Assembly (NCBI GenBank): GCA_938091905.1 | Contig: CALKOM010000113.1 | Coordinates: 1 to 40,537, forward strand | DNA length: 40,537 nt | Source of the DNA: an uncultured Verrucomicrobiales bacterium | Lineage (GTDB): Bacteria > Verrucomicrobiota > Verrucomicrobiia > Verrucomicrobiales > DEV007 | Direction: 5' to 3' | Shown here: one piece after another, positions 37,709 to 40,537 of the stretch | How the letters are laid out: every line of letters begins with the position of its first letter | Numbering within the stretch: the first letter of the stretch is position 1 | Notes under the pieces: generated by a model | What the model was told of the DNA's origin: nothing | What the model saw: only the letters and a program-made list of their open reading frames with translations | Databases searched by the model: none | Made by a program: the position numbers and the translations under genes

Positions 37709-39865
37709 ATGAAAGCCCCTCTCTCGATCAAATGGGTCTACCTCTTGCTCGCCACCCTGCCCTTCGCAGCACAAGCCCAACTGACACCCGATAACATTCT
37801 CGTGGTCTACAACGATCCCGGAAGTTTGCAGACCAGTGACGGCTATCAGGTATTCGCACACTACCAGACAAAGCGACCGGGCGTGCACCAACTCAATCTT
37901 GACGATGCGACTGTACCCACAGGGCGAGTCAACTACGTGGAATACGAGACAAAGATCCGCGACAAGATACGAACATTTCTTACCAACGGTAGCCTCGAGA
38001 CAACCATCCGAGTAATCGTCTTGACCAAGGGCATCCCACATCAGATTCTCGATATCAACGATGGAACTGTGGGCAATAGTGCTTCCGGATCGATCACACT
38101 TCTTAAGGAGAACAACATCACTTTTGCTTCCGTAGATAGCGAACTATGCCTGCTTTGGCACGACCTCGACGATGGCGAAGCAGATGGTGATTTAGACTGT
38201 TATGCAGACAACTTCATCGTCAATCCGTATTACCAAAGCGCAAGTAACTTGCCGGTCTCCGTCGACATCGATGTCTCGACAAATCTATCATTCACCGAGA
38301 AGATCGTTCTCGATGATGGCGTAGAAAAATTCCGACACTGGGAAATCAGTGCGCCCGAACCGGCCGAAAGCTATCTTTACCTCACAGCGCGGCTAGATGG
38401 TGACACCGTGGATGACGCCAAGGCACTTGTTGATCGCGCTGAGAACATCCTCTTGGACCGCGCCTCACATGCCATCATTCTGGACGAGACCTTCAGCGCA
38501 AGCGACTCCAACTTTGATGGCGCTGATTACTCACAAACGGCATTGGCCCTCTCCACCACGTGGACCCACATCATTCACGATGAAACAAGCGACTTCCTCG
38601 CAGGCGAGCTCCCCAGCGCCATCGCTTCGTATCCCAGCACACACCTCAAATTGACCTCAGGCCCTATCGCTTTTCTCTCTGGCTTTGGTGCTAATCATCC
38701 AGGTGGAAGCCACACGAATTGGATCTCCTCCTACATGAATCAGTTACCAAACGGGGCCATCTACAATACTTACGAAAGCTTTAACGGTCAGCAATTCGGA
38801 TCCCAAACGCCGGCGAGCGCGGAGCACGGGCAGGTTGCCAAATGGGTCGCAATCGGTGGCACATTTGGGCTAGGCCATGTCTGGGAGCCATTCACCTTCG
38901 CCGTCGCTAAAAACGAAACACTAACGGAGAATTTCTACAACAACGGCCTGACTTGGGTCGAAGCCGCATGGTCTAGCATTCAGGTTATTTCCTGGCAGAA
39001 CACCGTCGTCGGCGACCCCTTGGCCAAGCTAGATTCCACAGCCTTCATCAACGTTCCCCAACGAAGTATAAGCGTCACCGGACCAAACTACAACACAACC
39101 GTCCTAGAGGAAGATCTTAGTAATCATACGATTACGATAACCTTAGAGAATCCCGCTGCCGGAAACGTGGACATTTCTCTCAACTTCCAAGGGGCGACCA
39201 TAGGCACGGATTTCACGACGACACTTCCAGGCTACTCAAGCGGCAGTTCTGCTAGCGTCAGCATAGCTGATGGAGCAACTCAGGAATCCTTCAACGTAAC
39301 TATTCTCAGCGACACCCAAGATGAAGGCCTTGAAATACTTACAATTTCCTTGGCAGAGTCAAGCCTCGACACCAACGGTGACAGCATTGGCGAAGGCTAT
39401 GGATCTATCCACGGAGGTGTCGTCATTCCCATTGCTGACGCCCCTTACGATTGGTGGCGGTTCCACCACTTCGGCGCCTACCAACCATTAGAGGATTCGG
39501 ACGAGGACGGTCTGGAGAATCTCTGGGAGTATTTTATTCAATCCGCCCCTGACACCCCTATGTCGAGTTTCACAGAACCCCTAACGGAACTAAAGGCAAC
39601 TAACACAGAGCAGCTTATCACATTTGACCTTCCAAAAACCGTTCCCAGCGATTCCAAGCTAATTGTCGAAGCTTCTCCCATCCTAACAGCGCCCACTTGG
39701 CCAGAAATCGCAAGCCGCATTGGCAACGGGAGCTGGTCAATAATCGAAGGCTACGAAATCAGCACCGACACCACACCTAACAGCTACAATACCGTCACGA
39801 TTACGACAACTACTGGTAGCCGAGCGTTCCGAAGGTTTCGAGTCGAAGTCATCCCCTCACCTTAA
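37709..39865 (+). CDS. Exported TIGR03790-like protein with Calx-beta-like and DSDxDG C-terminal modules
   Basis: Signal peptide from ATG 37709; NILVVYN, LTKGIP, ASVDSEL, YLTARLDG, GHVWEP, SWQNTVVGDPL; then SDTQDEGLE.L and DSDEDGLENLWEYF...FRRFRV. Confidence 0.75.
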   Translation: MKAPLSIKWVYLLLATLPFAAQAQLTPDNILVVYNDPGSLQTSDGYQVFAHYQTKRPGVHQLNLDDATVPTGRVNYVEYETKIRDKIRTFLTNGSLETTIRVIVLTKGIPHQILDINDGTVGNSASGSITLLKENNITFASVDSELCLLWHDLDDGEADGDLDCYADNFIVNPYYQSASNLPVSVDIDVSTNLSFTEKIVLDDGVEKFRHWEISAPEPAESYLYLTARLDGDTVDDAKALVDRAENILLDRASHAIILDETFSASDSNFDGADYSQTALALSTTWTHIIHDETSDFLAGELPSAIASYPSTHLKLTSGPIAFLSGFGANHPGGSHTNWISSYMNQLPNGAIYNTYESFNGQQFGSQTPASAEHGQVAKWVAIGGTFGLGHVWEPFTFAVAKNETLTENFYNNGLTWVEAAWSSIQVISWQNTVVGDPLAKLDSTAFINVPQRSISVTGPNYNTTVLEEDLSNHTITITLENPAAGNVDISLNFQGATIGTDFTTTLPGYSSGSSASVSIADGATQESFNVTILSDTQDEGLEILTISLAESSLDTNGDSIGEGYGSIHGGVVIPIADAPYDWWRFHHFGAYQPLEDSDEDGLENLWEYFIQSAPDTPMSSFTEPLTELKATNTEQLITFDLPKTVPSDSKLIVEASPILTAPTWPEIASRIGNGSWSIIEGYEISTDTTPNSYNTVTITTTTGSRAFRRFRVEVIPSP

Positions 39866-40330
39866 CGGAGGAACTGCACTCGCAATTGCATGAATCTCTG
39901 ACCACTGCTCACCAGAGTAATGGATTCACGAGAGCGAACTCTTTGCCGACTTTCTGACAAATCGCAACGTCAGGCAACGACGCTCCATTGCTCATAATCC
40001 AGCCATTGAGATGACCATGATGGCAAGCCATGATAGAAGGCTCCGCCACACCATCGCCCATAGGGGTCTCATAACAAATTTCGTGCCGTAGTGCGACTGG
40101 AAGAATTATCTCAATTCTCGAGACTCTCCTTTCCGTCAGGCCCCTCTCCGGACACGCTCAAACTGGGGTAAACTTGATGTCAGATCGATCTCGTTGCCGA
40201 GGTTCAGAACCCAGCGAGCATCCTAAGAAATCGCTCAAACTACTTTAGTCAGTATCAGAATGTGTATCGAAGGCACTAGTCAGATTCGCAACCAAAAGAA
40301 TTCCCCGTCGCTGTGTATCTCCCATCCGAC

Positions 40331-40537
40331 TAGTAGAGTGTCCACATTGAATTGATAAATTTTTCGAGAAAAGACTTGTACTTTATCTAAATTACTTATC
40401 TTCGGTCGGATGCGTAAGATTTATCGCCTCAGACTAACTCAAGAAGAACGTAGATCTCTGGAGTCACTAACAAGATCAAGTAAGATCGCCGCCTTGAAGG
40501 TAATCAAGGCCCGGGCTCTTCTCTTAGCCGATGAGTC
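40331..40537 (+). mobile_element. Left end of an IS630-family insertion sequence (truncated by window)
   Basis: Transposase start at 40410; upstream CTAGTAGAGTGTCCACATTGAATTGATA with TA at 40331-40332 as the inferred target/terminus. Confidence 0.6.
40410..40537 (+). CDS. IS630-family transposase N-terminus (partial)
   Basis: MRKIYRLRLTQEERRSLESLTRSSKIAALKVIKARALLLADE.., the typical 'Y.V.LT.EER..L......RA.ILL.AD' start. Confidence 0.75.
   Translation, partial: MRKIYRLRLTQEERRSLESLTRSSKIAALKVIKARALLLADE

Noticed and set aside
39870..40330. Coding or ncRNA element in the gap before the IS
   Set aside because: No convincing reading frame or recognisable RNA structure by eye.
1..40537. Genome-wide UGA reassignment (code 4/25)
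   Set aside because: TGA terminates recognisable genes at sensible ends (MBL hydrolase, HisJ family, ABC ATPase) and Trp is encoded by TGG, so any recoding must be site-specific.
1..40537. CRISPR array, tRNA (including selC), rRNA or prophage
   Set aside because: No regularly spaced nucleotide repeats, cloverleaf or rRNA signatures, or phage genes seen; a covariance-model scan would be needed to exclude small RNAs.

Overview
Gene-dense bacterial chromosome segment, most likely from a Verrucomicrobiota/PVC genome. The evidence is the PVC-signature small basic protein at 1644-1799 (missed by the ORF track), CRTAC1/ASPIC-UnbV proteins, a TIGR03790-like protein and 'DSDGDG..EY' surface-protein tails. 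It mixes housekeeping genes (rluB-like, prc, Ski2-like helicase, HisJ-family phosphatase, RidA, hisI, gatC-gatA) with many exported proteins, a probable D-amino-acid module (DUF1611 + PLP racemase, next to an M19 dipeptidase) and the left end of an IS630-family element. The most striking signal is apparent UGA recoding in exported proteins. (i) The ORFs 24813..26684 and 26706..28187 are one in-frame gene split by a single TGA, with a bacterial-SECIS-like hairpin 10 nt downstream. (ii) An unannotated redoxin domain at ~4530-4794 (-) has TGA at BOTH CxxC positions (W-UGA-P-F-UGA), again with a hairpin 10 nt downstream, inside an otherwise decayed surface-protein gene. No Sec machinery lies in the window, so recoding is an inference. 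Family assignments come from motif recognition by eye, not database searches.
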